Shown here in pieces: positions 9,521-19,144 of a DNA stretch of 64,000 nt. The stretch comes from Candidatus Heimdallarchaeota archaeon (GTDB lineage Archaea; Asgardarchaeota; Heimdallarchaeia; Hodarchaeales; Hodarchaeaceae). Made by a program: the position numbers and the translations under genes. Location of the stretch: the NCBI GenBank assembly GCA_020353515.1, contig CP070695.1, positions 4,189,913 to 4,253,912 on the forward strand. Reading direction: 5' to 3'. The notes beneath the pieces were generated by a model. It saw only the letters and a program-made list of their open reading frames with translations. It was not told the origin of the DNA and made no database searches. The number at the start of each line of letters is the position of its first letter. Position 1 is the stretch's first letter.

Positions 9521-10876
9521 TTAGAATCTTGTATCCGCGACCCCCCATTTCTCCATAGCTTGTGCAAGTTCTGGATAGTCCTCTTCATGATCTTCAACGT
9601 AATCTTCAAAGTCTTCAATTGCTGTGTTTAAATCCTTCATACCAATATCTATTGCTTGACGGAAAGCTCTAGCTCCAGCTACAGGACCATTAGGATGAGC
9701 ATGTATCCCACCTCCGCTCCCAATCATCATATCGTTACCTAAGTCTTGCATAACCCTCAAAACCATCCCAGGTGTTATACCACCCGAGGGCATGGGGAGT
9801 GTTGGTTTAAGATGATGCATTCGGTATCGATGAGCTTTCGCAATTCCAAGATATTTCTCTTTTAAAAATGGTGCTTTACCATAAGGGGCAGGATAAACAA
9901 CAATATCAGCCCCAGCTAAGCGGGCTAACTTACCCATAATTAAGAATGACGACACACCAGAATAAGGAGACTCATAAAAAGCTCCTGCAAAGTCCATATG
10001 GGCAAGAATAGGCAATTTAATTTCAGGATCCTCTGCTAGCATTCTCAAAGCTGGGAATCCAACAACGAGGTAATTTAACATCAGGGCATTTCCACCAACG
10101 TCTTGGACAGCTAAAGCATTATTCCTAAGTTTAGTCAAATTATCAGTTATATTGACAGTATATAATGTTTGTTCTCCTGTTTCATCGCGTACTTTATCTA
10201 CTGCTTCCATCATAAGAGGGACTCTATCTACAATTTTATTATAATCCATGTCTGCAATAAGCTCATCATCTTTAACAACATCACAACCACCTAACGCAGC
10301 AGAATAAAATAACTGGGCTCCTACTTTTGGAGTCCACCCACTGCAGGGTTTTATCATATTGTTAAGAAAAGGCCTTTGAGGGACCTTGAGGATCTTACGT
10401 AGTCCTTCAATACCAAATTTTGGCCCTTTAAAATTCTTTATCCATTCCTTGGGAAAACGAAGATCTAACAACTTCAGCTTCCCTCCCATGCTTATATTGC
10501 CGATTGTGGCTGTCAACATCAAGCCAATCTGATTTGTTTGGTTTAGAGATGGAAAAGCGATCTGATAAATGTAGTTTCGCTCATCGACCCCTTTAGGAAT
10601 TTCAAACTCATAGCTAGGAACCTCATAGATTCCCAGGACTTTAGCACCAAATTTACTTCGGAGCTCGGGTGTGTTTGCGGGAACAGGAACCCAAGTGCCT
10701 GTTGACTGTTCACAGGCAGCAGCTCTCCCTAAATATGCAGCATCCATTCTAGGTCCTAGTTGTACTAGGTATGTACCTATGATGTACTCTTCAGGGTTAA
10801 TTCCCTCCTGCAATGCCTCTTCTATAGGGTCATATTGGGCGAAGATATCCTCTTTTTTTTGTTTTCCTTTTGGCAT
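9521..10876 (-). CDS. RuBisCO-like protein (form IV)
   Basis: EQSTGTW, GPKFGIEG, IKPC, DVVKDDE, PSGG, GGGIHAHP; K177, R295 and H327 equivalents substituted, so not a bona fide carboxylase. Confidence 0.85.
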   Translation of the reverse strand: MPKGKQKKEDIFAQYDPIEEALQEGINPEEYIIGTYLVQLGPRMDAAYLGRAAACEQSTGTWVPVPANTPELRSKFGAKVLGIYEVPSYEFEIPKGVDERNYIYQIAFPSLNQTNQIGLMLTATIGNISMGGKLKLLDLRFPKEWIKNFKGPKFGIEGLRKILKVPQRPFLNNMIKPCSGWTPKVGAQLFYSAALGGCDVVKDDELIADMDYNKIVDRVPLMMEAVDKVRDETGEQTLYTVNITDNLTKLRNNALAVQDVGGNALMLNYLVVGFPALRMLAEDPEIKLPILAHMDFAGAFYESPYSGVSSFLIMGKLARLAGADIVVYPAPYGKAPFLKEKYLGIAKAHRYRMHHLKPTLPMPSGGITPGMVLRVMQDLGNDMMIGSGGGIHAHPNGPVAGARAFRQAIDIGMKDLNTAIEDFEDYVEDHEEDYPELAQAMEKWGVADTRF

Positions 10877-11036
10877 AAGCTCAACACCAATTTAATCTGA
10901 AAAATTCTGTTTAATTTGACTATATTGAGTAGGATGAGATTTTATTACCTTATTCAGAGGAAAGGTTTTTTAATTCTCATACACATATCCACTAGTTATC
11001 GATATTATTTGAAACTTGCTAATCCTTTCAAAATAG

Positions 11037-14000
11037 ATGAGAATGATGAATCGAAAATTAATGGGGGGAATTTTGGGAATAATTTTACTTTTATTAACTA
11101 TAAAATCTTCTGTAGACCTAATCGCTAGTAATTGGCAACTTAAGGATAATAATCAACCACAGGATATACCTACTAAGATATCTTTTACAGAAACATCATT
11201 AAATCAAAATAATGGAGATAATGAGCGACCTTATGAGTTTATGATCCCACAAGATCCCAGTTTTAAACCTCCTAGAGCCTCTATTAAATCTAGTGCTCCT
11301 TCCAGTAAGAAAAGCGCTGTCACAACGGGGAAAATTCATATTGCAGTGTTATTGGTCTGTTTTGGTAATTTAAGCTTCAGTAGCACTCATGATCCTGCAT
11401 ATTATACCAATTTGATTTTTAATCATAGTAATCCGAAGAGTGTAGCGAGTTATTATTGGGAGGTTTCATATGGGCAACTAAATATCACAGGAGAAATTGT
11501 AGGAGGAACGTTCTACCGTTCTGCACACAGTTCAGGATATTGGGGGGAAGATTCATTATCAACTTCCGTTTTTCCACGTGTTGATGATAAAAATGACTAC
11601 ATCTATAACTTAGTTGATGAAGGGGTACAACTTGCGGATCCTACTGTAAACTTCACAAAGTTTGACATAGATAGAGATAGTATTGTCGATTATCTACTAG
11701 TTGTACATGCTGGAAACGCTCAAGAAGCATCGGGAGTCTCCACTGACATCTGGTCTCATCGCTGGAGTGTGCAAACTACTTGTATTGTAGACAGTGTGGT
11801 TGTTAAAGACTATACAATGTGTGCAGAGACTTCACCAATGGGGACTTTTGCTCATGAATTAGGACATGCAATCGGGGATCTTCCTGATTTATATGACACG
11901 GATTATTCTTCTGATGGAATTGGACGGTGGGGGCTTATGGGATCAGGAGCATGGAATTACAATGAAACCATTGGATCAGGAGAAAACCCTGGGGATACTC
12001 CAGCTCATTTTTGTGCTTGGTCAAAAATAAAAATGGGTTGGCTTAAACCTACTATAATTACTGCCCATCAATCAGATATCGTACTCCCTGCAGTCGAAAT
12101 TTCGAATAAGAGTAGTGTCCTGAAATTTTTCTTATCAAATAAATCGCATAGTGTGACACTTCATGAGTATTTCTTAGTCTGTTTCCGTAATCAAACTGGT
12201 TTCGATAGTGCCCTCCCAGGTTCAGGGATTCTGATTTGGCATATTGATGAATGTAACAAATATGAAGGAAATGATGGGGAAAGACGGAAACTTGTTGACT
12301 TAGAAGAGGCAGATGCAGATTTAGATCCCAGTGGTATCCTATGGGAACAACTAGATTATGTAAACCAAACAGCACCTCTAGGGGTACTTCTCTCTGATGA
12401 TGATGGAAGCATTACTGACCCCTGGACCCAAGGGAAAGAATTCAGATTTACCTCTGTCCCACCTAGTGATAGTAACGATGGGATGTGGACTAATGTTACC
12501 ATAACAGTCGATATGACAATCATAAACAAAATTGATGTTCTTATTGCGTACGATCCATTTCCGTGGGATTATACATTACTTTTAATGAATAGGTCAGCTC
12601 CTAATATCGAAGATGATGAACCTTCTATTATACAACATAGTTGTAGTAGTTTCTCCTTAGCTTGGCAATCCAATAGAACTATGGGTGACTGGGATATTTA
12701 TGGCTCCCAAACAAAAGATGCAGGTAAAACATGGAATACTGAAGTTCTCATTGCCAATAGCACTTTTGAGGATTATAGTCCCTCACTGATATATTGGTAC
12801 CCACCAACATATTGGGTTCGAACATTTACCCCAAGCAAAGAAGATAAGCCTATTCCCCCAGGAAGTTTAAGTACTCAACCACCGCTACATTACATCTTAG
12901 CATTCGTATCTGACCGAACTGGTAATCCTGACATTTATATTACCATTAGTCCTGATTTCATTACTTGGAGTACTCCAGTACAAATAACCAATAATTCTGC
13001 TCACGATTTAGATCCGTGCTTAATTCGGACTCCTAGTGGAGATTTAGGATTATTTTGGGCTTCAAATCGTACGGGTAATTTTGAAATCTACTTTATTGAA
13101 GAACCATGGAGTCTTTCTAATATTGTACAGATCACAAACAACGCAGTTTTGGATCGTGGACCATCATATTGTTTTTCAGAAAATAATACTCATCTACTAG
13201 CATTTGAGCAAAAAAATGGCCCTAATTCAAGTATTCAACTGCTAATTTCGACTCAGTTGACATTGTGGCCTTCATCATCAATTAGTTGTACAGATGTTAT
13301 AATGAATTCTACAGAACCTTCTTTAATCGAACGTGAAGATGGGTCGCTTTTAATCGCGTTCACTCAACCTTCAATATCAAAAGAGGAAATTCATGAAGTT
13401 ATTTCTTCTAATTGGACTGATTGGAGTTCCCATCTAATTATGGGGTTCCCCAAGAATGCAAGTAGTCCTTCATTGGTAGAAGCAAGATGTGGTGCCTTAT
13501 TCATGGCTTACGCATCATATAATGCTACCCAGATATCCCATGTGTACCTGATCCACACTACTCTTTGTTATCGTTATGGAGTAGGAATAAAATATCCTTT
13601 GGACACTGGTGACTCCTTTTTCAATCCAACTAGAGTCGAACAAAACTCTGATTGGGTGTTTGTAGGAGAGATGCAGTTAAACGAGTCAAATTTCTCTCCA
13701 CCCGCTGAAACTTTTGTTACAATTGAGGTAAATGATACTAAAAATACTTGGGATACTAATGACGATGAAAATATAGATAGCATTCAGATAGACGCTCCTC
13801 TTCCAGATATTCTATATATAGATGAAACTCTTGGAGTAGGAAACTTTAGTATCCCTGTCCTCCAGTATTTTGGAGATTTACCTGTTGGTACTATTCTCCG
13901 TTTTCAAATTAAATGGGGGTACCTTAATGTTGACGGTGATCCTGTAAATGTGAAATCATCTATTTATGTCGAATTATTACCTTCGCAAGATCACATCCAA

Positions 14001-14939
14001 TTTGAAGGAAATATACCTATAGAAACGACTACTGATACTCCTTTGGTAATTCAAGTTCCAGTGGTCCAAGGATTTGTTAGTTATGGCGTCGAATCGGTAA
14101 CTCTATCTTTATATGATACGCAAGACATACCACCAGCACCAGAAAATCCTCTACATTCTCAACAAATAGCTGCAAAAGTTGATTCGATCTTAAATACAGC
14201 GTTAACTCCTTATTCTCAACAAACACATGTCTTCACAGAATTAGTAAAAGCGAAAGGTGTTTGGACAAGCTTTCTCCATAATCTGAGGGAAAACACTGTT
14301 ACAAAAATAATTGCAACTTCAAATGGTATTTATCCTCGTAAATCCACAGTTCTTTATGTAGAGAAATTACGATGGGATAATAACGCCCCACAGATAGTAA
14401 ATATGGGACCAACCCAAGCTGAGAGTTTTCCTATCTATTTCTCAGCAGAAATAACTGATAATCAAGGATCTTTTAATTATAATATAGATGAATCAACCAT
14501 CACATTATCTTACAAGGTTTTGAACAGTGAAGATTCATGGACAGATGTCATCTACTCTGATAGTGACCCGAATTGGTCGAAAACTGGTAACATTTATAAT
14601 TACTCTCTCAATTTAAGTGGCCTCGAAACACCTGTATACATCATTTATTATTGGTCCGCTAGTGATCTAGCAAATCCTAGTAATTCAGCTACTAACGGGA
14701 ATCGGGAAAATCCATATTGTATCGGAATATATCTAAGAGAAACTGATATATACACCAGTACAGTATATGATACTACAAGAATAACAGTTCCTGTCACCGT
14801 GGAAGAGACTCCGACCATTGCCACAACTTCTAGTACAATCAGCAGTTCAGAACCAGGAAGAACAATTGGATTCGAATTTATAGTAATACTTGGAACTTTA
14901 GGAACATCAATTGTTATTTATAGGAGAAGAAAACTTTAA
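11037..14939 (+). CDS. Secreted, C-terminally anchored M6 (immune inhibitor A-like) metalloprotease with PD40/TolB-like repeats
   Basis: Signal peptide; VHAG..QE, IWSHRW, AHELGHAIGDLPDLYD, LMGSGAW; SNRT/SDRTGN repeats; Thr/Ser linker followed by GFEF-TM-RRRK. Confidence 0.85.
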   Translation: MRMMNRKLMGGILGIILLLLTIKSSVDLIASNWQLKDNNQPQDIPTKISFTETSLNQNNGDNERPYEFMIPQDPSFKPPRASIKSSAPSSKKSAVTTGKIHIAVLLVCFGNLSFSSTHDPAYYTNLIFNHSNPKSVASYYWEVSYGQLNITGEIVGGTFYRSAHSSGYWGEDSLSTSVFPRVDDKNDYIYNLVDEGVQLADPTVNFTKFDIDRDSIVDYLLVVHAGNAQEASGVSTDIWSHRWSVQTTCIVDSVVVKDYTMCAETSPMGTFAHELGHAIGDLPDLYDTDYSSDGIGRWGLMGSGAWNYNETIGSGENPGDTPAHFCAWSKIKMGWLKPTIITAHQSDIVLPAVEISNKSSVLKFFLSNKSHSVTLHEYFLVCFRNQTGFDSALPGSGILIWHIDECNKYEGNDGERRKLVDLEEADADLDPSGILWEQLDYVNQTAPLGVLLSDDDGSITDPWTQGKEFRFTSVPPSDSNDGMWTNVTITVDMTIINKIDVLIAYDPFPWDYTLLLMNRSAPNIEDDEPSIIQHSCSSFSLAWQSNRTMGDWDIYGSQTKDAGKTWNTEVLIANSTFEDYSPSLIYWYPPTYWVRTFTPSKEDKPIPPGSLSTQPPLHYILAFVSDRTGNPDIYITISPDFITWSTPVQITNNSAHDLDPCLIRTPSGDLGLFWASNRTGNFEIYFIEEPWSLSNIVQITNNAVLDRGPSYCFSENNTHLLAFEQKNGPNSSIQLLISTQLTLWPSSSISCTDVIMNSTEPSLIEREDGSLLIAFTQPSISKEEIHEVISSNWTDWSSHLIMGFPKNASSPSLVEARCGALFMAYASYNATQISHVYLIHTTLCYRYGVGIKYPLDTGDSFFNPTRVEQNSDWVFVGEMQLNESNFSPPAETFVTIEVNDTKNTWDTNDDENIDSIQIDAPLPDILYIDETLGVGNFSIPVLQYFGDLPVGTILRFQIKWGYLNVDGDPVNVKSSIYVELLPSQDHIQFEGNIPIETTTDTPLVIQVPVVQGFVSYGVESVTLSLYDTQDIPPAPENPLHSQQIAAKVDSILNTALTPYSQQTHVFTELVKAKGVWTSFLHNLRENTVTKIIATSNGIYPRKSTVLYVEKLRWDNNAPQIVNMGPTQAESFPIYFSAEITDNQGSFNYNIDESTITLSYKVLNSEDSWTDVIYSDSDPNWSKTGNIYNYSLNLSGLETPVYIIYYWSASDLANPSNSATNGNRENPYCIGIYLRETDIYTSTVYDTTRITVPVTVEETPTIATTSSTISSSEPGRTIGFEFIVILGTLGTSIVIYRRRKL

Positions 14940-14973
14940 TTAATCGGATTTTTCCCTGTACCTTTTTGATCTA

Positions 14974-15126
14974 TCACTCTTGATATTTTAATGGTTCAGG
15001 AATATCTGGAATGTCTGGTGTGGCTCGCGATGAAAACTTTCTTCGACATTCAACACAAATACCACTTGGATGGGGCCGCATCATTAATTTTCCACATCTC
15101 TTGCAGGGCCCAAGGACTTCACCCAT
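14974..15126 (-). CDS. 50-aa Zn-finger microprotein (not in ORF track)
   Basis: MGEVLGPCKRCGKLMMRPHPSGICVECRRKFSSRATPDIPDIPEPLKYQE; CxxC-x12-CxxC; GAGGTGA RBS upstream. Confidence 0.75.
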   Translation of the reverse strand: MGEVLGPCKRCGKLMMRPHPSGICVECRRKFSSRATPDIPDIPEPLKYQE

Positions 15127-15226
15127 TCAAAAATCACCTCTTGTCAGTTCATGTATAAATTGACAAGATCCCTTCTAAAATGTTACTCTTGATGATATAA
15201 AATAATGTAAAAACAATCTGTAATTT

Positions 15227-15898
15227 TCATTCTGGAGGTTCTCGTCTCGAGAAAGAATCATCAGGTCTTTCTAGTTCTTTTCGCCAGTCAAGAAGCCCGG
15301 ATTGTTGAAATAATTGAAATATTATGAACCCAAGATACCCTCCTAAGATTATCCCACTGATGAAACTGAATATTAACATCAATAAGATCAATTGGAGAGG
15401 AAGTCCTTGGCCAAGAAGAATATTAAGTAAGATAATCATATTTGCAGATGTAGCTAATCCTGCAGCGAAAACAATCTTAATATGATCAAATCTCTGAGAT
15501 GTTGAAATTGGTAACAGGACTATGTACACAATTTCAAAAACTGTTGCTTCTCCAACTGAAATAATTACAACAATGATTCCTAGTGGATTCCCCATAAAGA
15601 GCTCAATTAATCCCTTTATTGTACCTGTGATAATTACAGCGCCCTTTTTCCTTCTAGTAAGAAAAAATACAAGAACAAACCAAAAAACATGTAATCCAGC
15701 GAAAAGCTGACCTCCTCCAGCCACTATAATATTGAAAAGGTTTGCGATATTTGATATAACGCTACTAAATACTCCTCCCAGAGCTGCAAAAAGTGCAATT
15801 ATGACTAGATCGCTTGTTTCAAAATAATAGGAGGGGGTAACTGGTTTTTTCTTTGGAGAAGACTCCATATTATAACACGCAACATGAGAACTCTTCAA
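15227..15898 (-). CDS. ECF transporter S component (YkoE/ABC_cobalt-like; substrate uncertain)
   Basis: DLVIIALFAALGGV, RKKGAVIITG..KGLIELFMG, ~6 TM; true start probably slightly downstream. Confidence 0.7.
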   Translation of the reverse strand: MKSSHVACYNMESSPKKKPVTPSYYFETSDLVIIALFAALGGVFSSVISNIANLFNIIVAGGGQLFAGLHVFWFVLVFFLTRRKKGAVIITGTIKGLIELFMGNPLGIIVVIISVGEATVFEIVYIVLLPISTSQRFDHIKIVFAAGLATSANMIILLNILLGQGLPLQLILLMLIFSFISGIILGGYLGFIIFQLFQQSGLLDWRKELERPDDSFSRREPPE

Positions 15899-15970
15899 AG
15901 CTCTCGAAGTTCAGAAAATTCATATATTTTTAACTATATGCACGATAATCTTTATTATCTATCCTCCAAA

Positions 15971-17950
15971 TTAAACGTGGTGTTCCGAAAGAACTTGCCT
16001 TTTAATTTCAGGAGTAATTTCATACAATCTGAAAACTGAATCATCAATTTCTTTTTCTAGTTTTTCGATTTTTTTATTCAGGTTTTCCAGATTTATTTCC
16101 TTCTCCCGCAATTGTGAATTCAATACGAAATATTTTTCCTGATAATGAGATTGAAGCGTTCTCGCACATTCAGCAACTTGATTGACTAAATTTGATTCAT
16201 TCTTGGAGGTTGGAACTTTAATGGGAAGACGTAAAAACTTTTTTTGGGTGAAATGAGGAAAATCTTGCCGATATGGATCAGCAAACTCGATAAAGAAATA
16301 TTTACTAATCAATTTGGAGTTTATTACTCCCATGATGTATTCTAAAGAAATTAAGGTGTTTTTCTTTAATTTGAAGAGGTAAACGACTTGATTGACCCAC
16401 CTGTTGTTATAATCTATGGCAGTTTTAATTCCATGGCCAGTTTTCCTAAGTAATAGCTTAGAACCTTGGTAAAGAATTGGATCTTTGTACTTGATTCCTT
16501 TACGAGTAGGATCAATATATTTGTGATTTTTAATGTAGTATCTCTGGATATGATGCCCCACTAGAAAGGGTTTATCCCGTTCAGGTTGAAATTGATCATC
16601 AAATACAATAAAATCAGTAGTATCACGTTGAGTCACTTCTTCATGACACTGTGGATTAACACATTGCTTAATTTTGACACCATTAGCATTGAAATGACTG
16701 GGGGGAGAAGACCACCAACCACAAGATGAACATTGACTAATTTTTCCATTTCTATTGATTTCAACTCCCCTAGCGTTTTCAACCAAATCCCCTAATGGTT
16801 TGACTTCGATTTTGTTATGATGAAGATCTTTCTCTATGGTTTCTTTCAATTCTTCAAAACCAATTGAAAAGATGTCGAATTGATAATCACTATTACGAAG
16901 AAATCGATCTTGGGAACATGAAAGGGTAACAAGAGAAGATAACGAATCTCTTTCTGCCTTCAGGTTCTTTTTCACTGGTGTAGGAATATGACGAATAACT
17001 TCTAGTTTATGGTTGGGGGGAGGTATTCCTTTTTCTACAACAATGATCATACATGGCTGAGTTATTTCTGGGAAAATATTCTCCCCTAAATTAACAATTT
17101 TTATAATTTTGTATTCTTTTAGTATGAATCTCCTGATCTCACTATAATTCTCATTTAAGAGTAATGTATTTGGAATTACAACCCCTAAACGACCCCCCTC
17201 ATTTAAAGCTTGCAAACTTCTTTCAATAAAAAGACTCCAAGAGTCGACTTGTTGAGTTCCTACATTATAGAATCTTATTAGATCAGAGGAAAACAATGCT
17301 GCTCCCCATGGAGGATTTCCCACAATTACGTCAAATTTACCTTTAATCTCTGGAAATATTATCTCCCATTGCATAGGTTGGATATTTGAGGAAACATCAA
17401 AATCTTTCACCAATTTCGTTATTATTGTCTTCCTTATTTGATTTTCAATTTGAACAATCTTTTGATGTTCCCTTTCATTAGATAAGGGTGGAGCTCCATC
17501 AATATAATCTCTTTTATATTGAATTCGGAGTGCTTTGAGATCGGAAGAATCGAGTTGTATAGAATATGAAGGTGGAGGTATAAGTGCATTAAAGGTTTTA
17601 AAATTTATGTTGAAATTCAGGCAATTTAGTTTCTTTTGGGTTTCCAAAACTTGAGTAGGGTCAATATCTATTCCATATAATTGGGTTGCGATAATTGTTC
17701 TTCTAGTTCTTTCTAAAGATTCATTAGAACACGATAATTTATCAAATTGTGATGACAAATACTCCAACGCTCGAATCAAGAATATTCCTATCCCACACGC
17801 AGGGTCAAGAATCCTTAACGAGTTGGTCTTATTAAAACTGGTTTTAAAGAAATGTCCGATTGTCTGATCAATAATATAGTCTACTATGTAAGCTGGGGTA
17901 TAATATTGGCCAAGTATCTTACTTTTTAACCTGGTCCGTTCAGTCATCAT
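15971..17950 (-). CDS. N6-adenine DNA methyltransferase (Eco57I/TaqI-like) with C-terminal specificity domain; no nuclease domain
   Basis: GQYYTP, ILDPACGIGIFL (motif I), GIDID, VGNPPW (motif IV), KLLLRKT...LNS-type TaqI-C region. Confidence 0.85.
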   Translation of the reverse strand: MMTERTRLKSKILGQYYTPAYIVDYIIDQTIGHFFKTSFNKTNSLRILDPACGIGIFLIRALEYLSSQFDKLSCSNESLERTRRTIIATQLYGIDIDPTQVLETQKKLNCLNFNINFKTFNALIPPPSYSIQLDSSDLKALRIQYKRDYIDGAPPLSNEREHQKIVQIENQIRKTIITKLVKDFDVSSNIQPMQWEIIFPEIKGKFDVIVGNPPWGAALFSSDLIRFYNVGTQQVDSWSLFIERSLQALNEGGRLGVVIPNTLLLNENYSEIRRFILKEYKIIKIVNLGENIFPEITQPCMIIVVEKGIPPPNHKLEVIRHIPTPVKKNLKAERDSLSSLVTLSCSQDRFLRNSDYQFDIFSIGFEELKETIEKDLHHNKIEVKPLGDLVENARGVEINRNGKISQCSSCGWWSSPPSHFNANGVKIKQCVNPQCHEEVTQRDTTDFIVFDDQFQPERDKPFLVGHHIQRYYIKNHKYIDPTRKGIKYKDPILYQGSKLLLRKTGHGIKTAIDYNNRWVNQVVYLFKLKKNTLISLEYIMGVINSKLISKYFFIEFADPYRQDFPHFTQKKFLRLPIKVPTSKNESNLVNQVAECARTLQSHYQEKYFVLNSQLREKEINLENLNKKIEKLEKEIDDSVFRLYEITPEIKRQVLSEHHV

Positions 17951-17983
17951 TTAAACACCCCATCCGTTCCCCTTAGATTGTAG

Positions 17984-18014
17984 AAAAAAGAGGGAAGTTA
18001 ATAATTAACTCCCT
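17984..18014 (-). terminator. Stem-loop plus U-tract downstream of the histone gene
   Basis: Minus strand reads AGGGAGTTAAT-T-ATTAACTTCCCT followed by CTTTTTT. Confidence 0.55.
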
Positions 18015-18050
18015 TTTCAATTAAACTTCTAGAAGCAGATTTCGCTGAAA

Positions 18051-18479
18051 TTAGGGCATTATATCTGTATCTTTGAGTGTCTTACGTTTTGCATGGCGAG
18101 CGATATCAATAGCGCCTTTTGCCAATGTGTAGCAGTACGATTCTAGCTGTGAATTTAAGTAATCCACAGCATCAGCAGAGACTCGAGAAGCACCAGCTTC
18201 ACGAATTACTCTCTCAACACGAGCTTTGGCAAAAGCTCGGGATTTGGGGCCTGTTGGGCTCATCTTAGGAGCACCTATCTTTGATACAGCGAGTTTAATA
18301 TCATCAGCTTGGACAGTTTTACGGCCAGCTGTGCCAGCTAAGTTAATTGCAGTTTTACTCACGCCACCGCCAAATTCTGCGCATAATTCATCCATACGTA
18401 CAATTGCTTTAGCGGAGATTCGTTCTGCACCAGCAGATTTCATAATTGCTTCAATTCGTGCTTTTGCAAATGTTGCCAT
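18051..18479 (-). CDS. Archaeal histone doublet (two fused histone folds)
   Basis: Two repeats of FAKAR[IV]E..[MI][KR].AGA.R[IV]SA.A, ending in GRKTVQADDI and HAKRKTLKDTDI. Confidence 0.9.
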   Translation of the reverse strand: MATFAKARIEAIMKSAGAERISAKAIVRMDELCAEFGGGVSKTAINLAGTAGRKTVQADDIKLAVSKIGAPKMSPTGPKSRAFAKARVERVIREAGASRVSADAVDYLNSQLESYCYTLAKGAIDIARHAKRKTLKDTDIMP

Positions 18480-18500
18480 TTTCTTTTCACCTTTTCTACA

Positions 18501-18559
18501 TTCTACCTAATGAGTTAAGTAGAAGGTCTAGATCATTCACTCGTTCATCAGTTTAAAAG
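18501..18559 (-). promoter_or_regulatory. Putative TATA box and 5'-UTR hairpin of the histone gene
   Basis: TTTTAAAC at about 18552-18559 (minus); mRNA hairpin UUCUACUUAA-CUCA-UUAGGUAGAA just before the AGGUGA RBS. Confidence 0.45.
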
Positions 18560-19144
18560 CTTTTACCTTTGAAATGATAAATATGGCCAAATGTCGTGGT
18601 AGTACACTATTCATTCGCAATGGTGAAAATGCCATTATGCTTGTACTTCTAATAACATGAAGTAAAGCAACTTTATCTTTAGGAGGTCTCTCTTCTAAAA
18701 AACAAGGTTATCCCATGCTTTCATAATACGCCCTTTCTACGGCTTTACTAGAATTCTAGAAGCGAAGGGGATCTATTAAGATTATATACCTACCTATAAA
18801 ACGTGTTTAGAAGTAGTTTCGTGATAGATACTAAATTCTTAACTATTCATTCTGAAACCAGCTTTTTAATTCTTAAAAATCTCAGTATTGTTGCATTTGA
18901 GAATATCTAGCCTGTTCCAGCTTTAGCGGAATTATTAGATATTCATGATCACAAAATTATGTCTTAATTGGCTTGTTTTTGATTTGATGAAATAATACCA
19001 TCATAATAATTTTATTCTCCCAAACAATTCGAAAAAAAATCAGCATTTTTATCTGAAAATCTTAGAATTGATTGTTTATCGCCTCAAGATTGATTACAGT
19101 TAAGCTGATTTAAATGTTCGTTGTCTTGCTAAATAGGTGAAGAT

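Noticed and set aside
9521-10876. CO2-fixing form III RuBisCO
   Set aside because: K177, R295 and H327 equivalents are substituted; no AMP phosphorylase or R15P isomerase nearby.
17984-18014. Eukaryote-type histone mRNA 3' stem-loop
   Set aside because: Does not match the 6-bp stem/4-nt loop consensus; a terminator hairpin with a U-tract is the simpler explanation.
18560-19140. Long intergenic gap between the histone and the Ca antiporter genes
   Set aside because: Only short, weak hairpins and no convincing ORF or repeat; nothing supportable.
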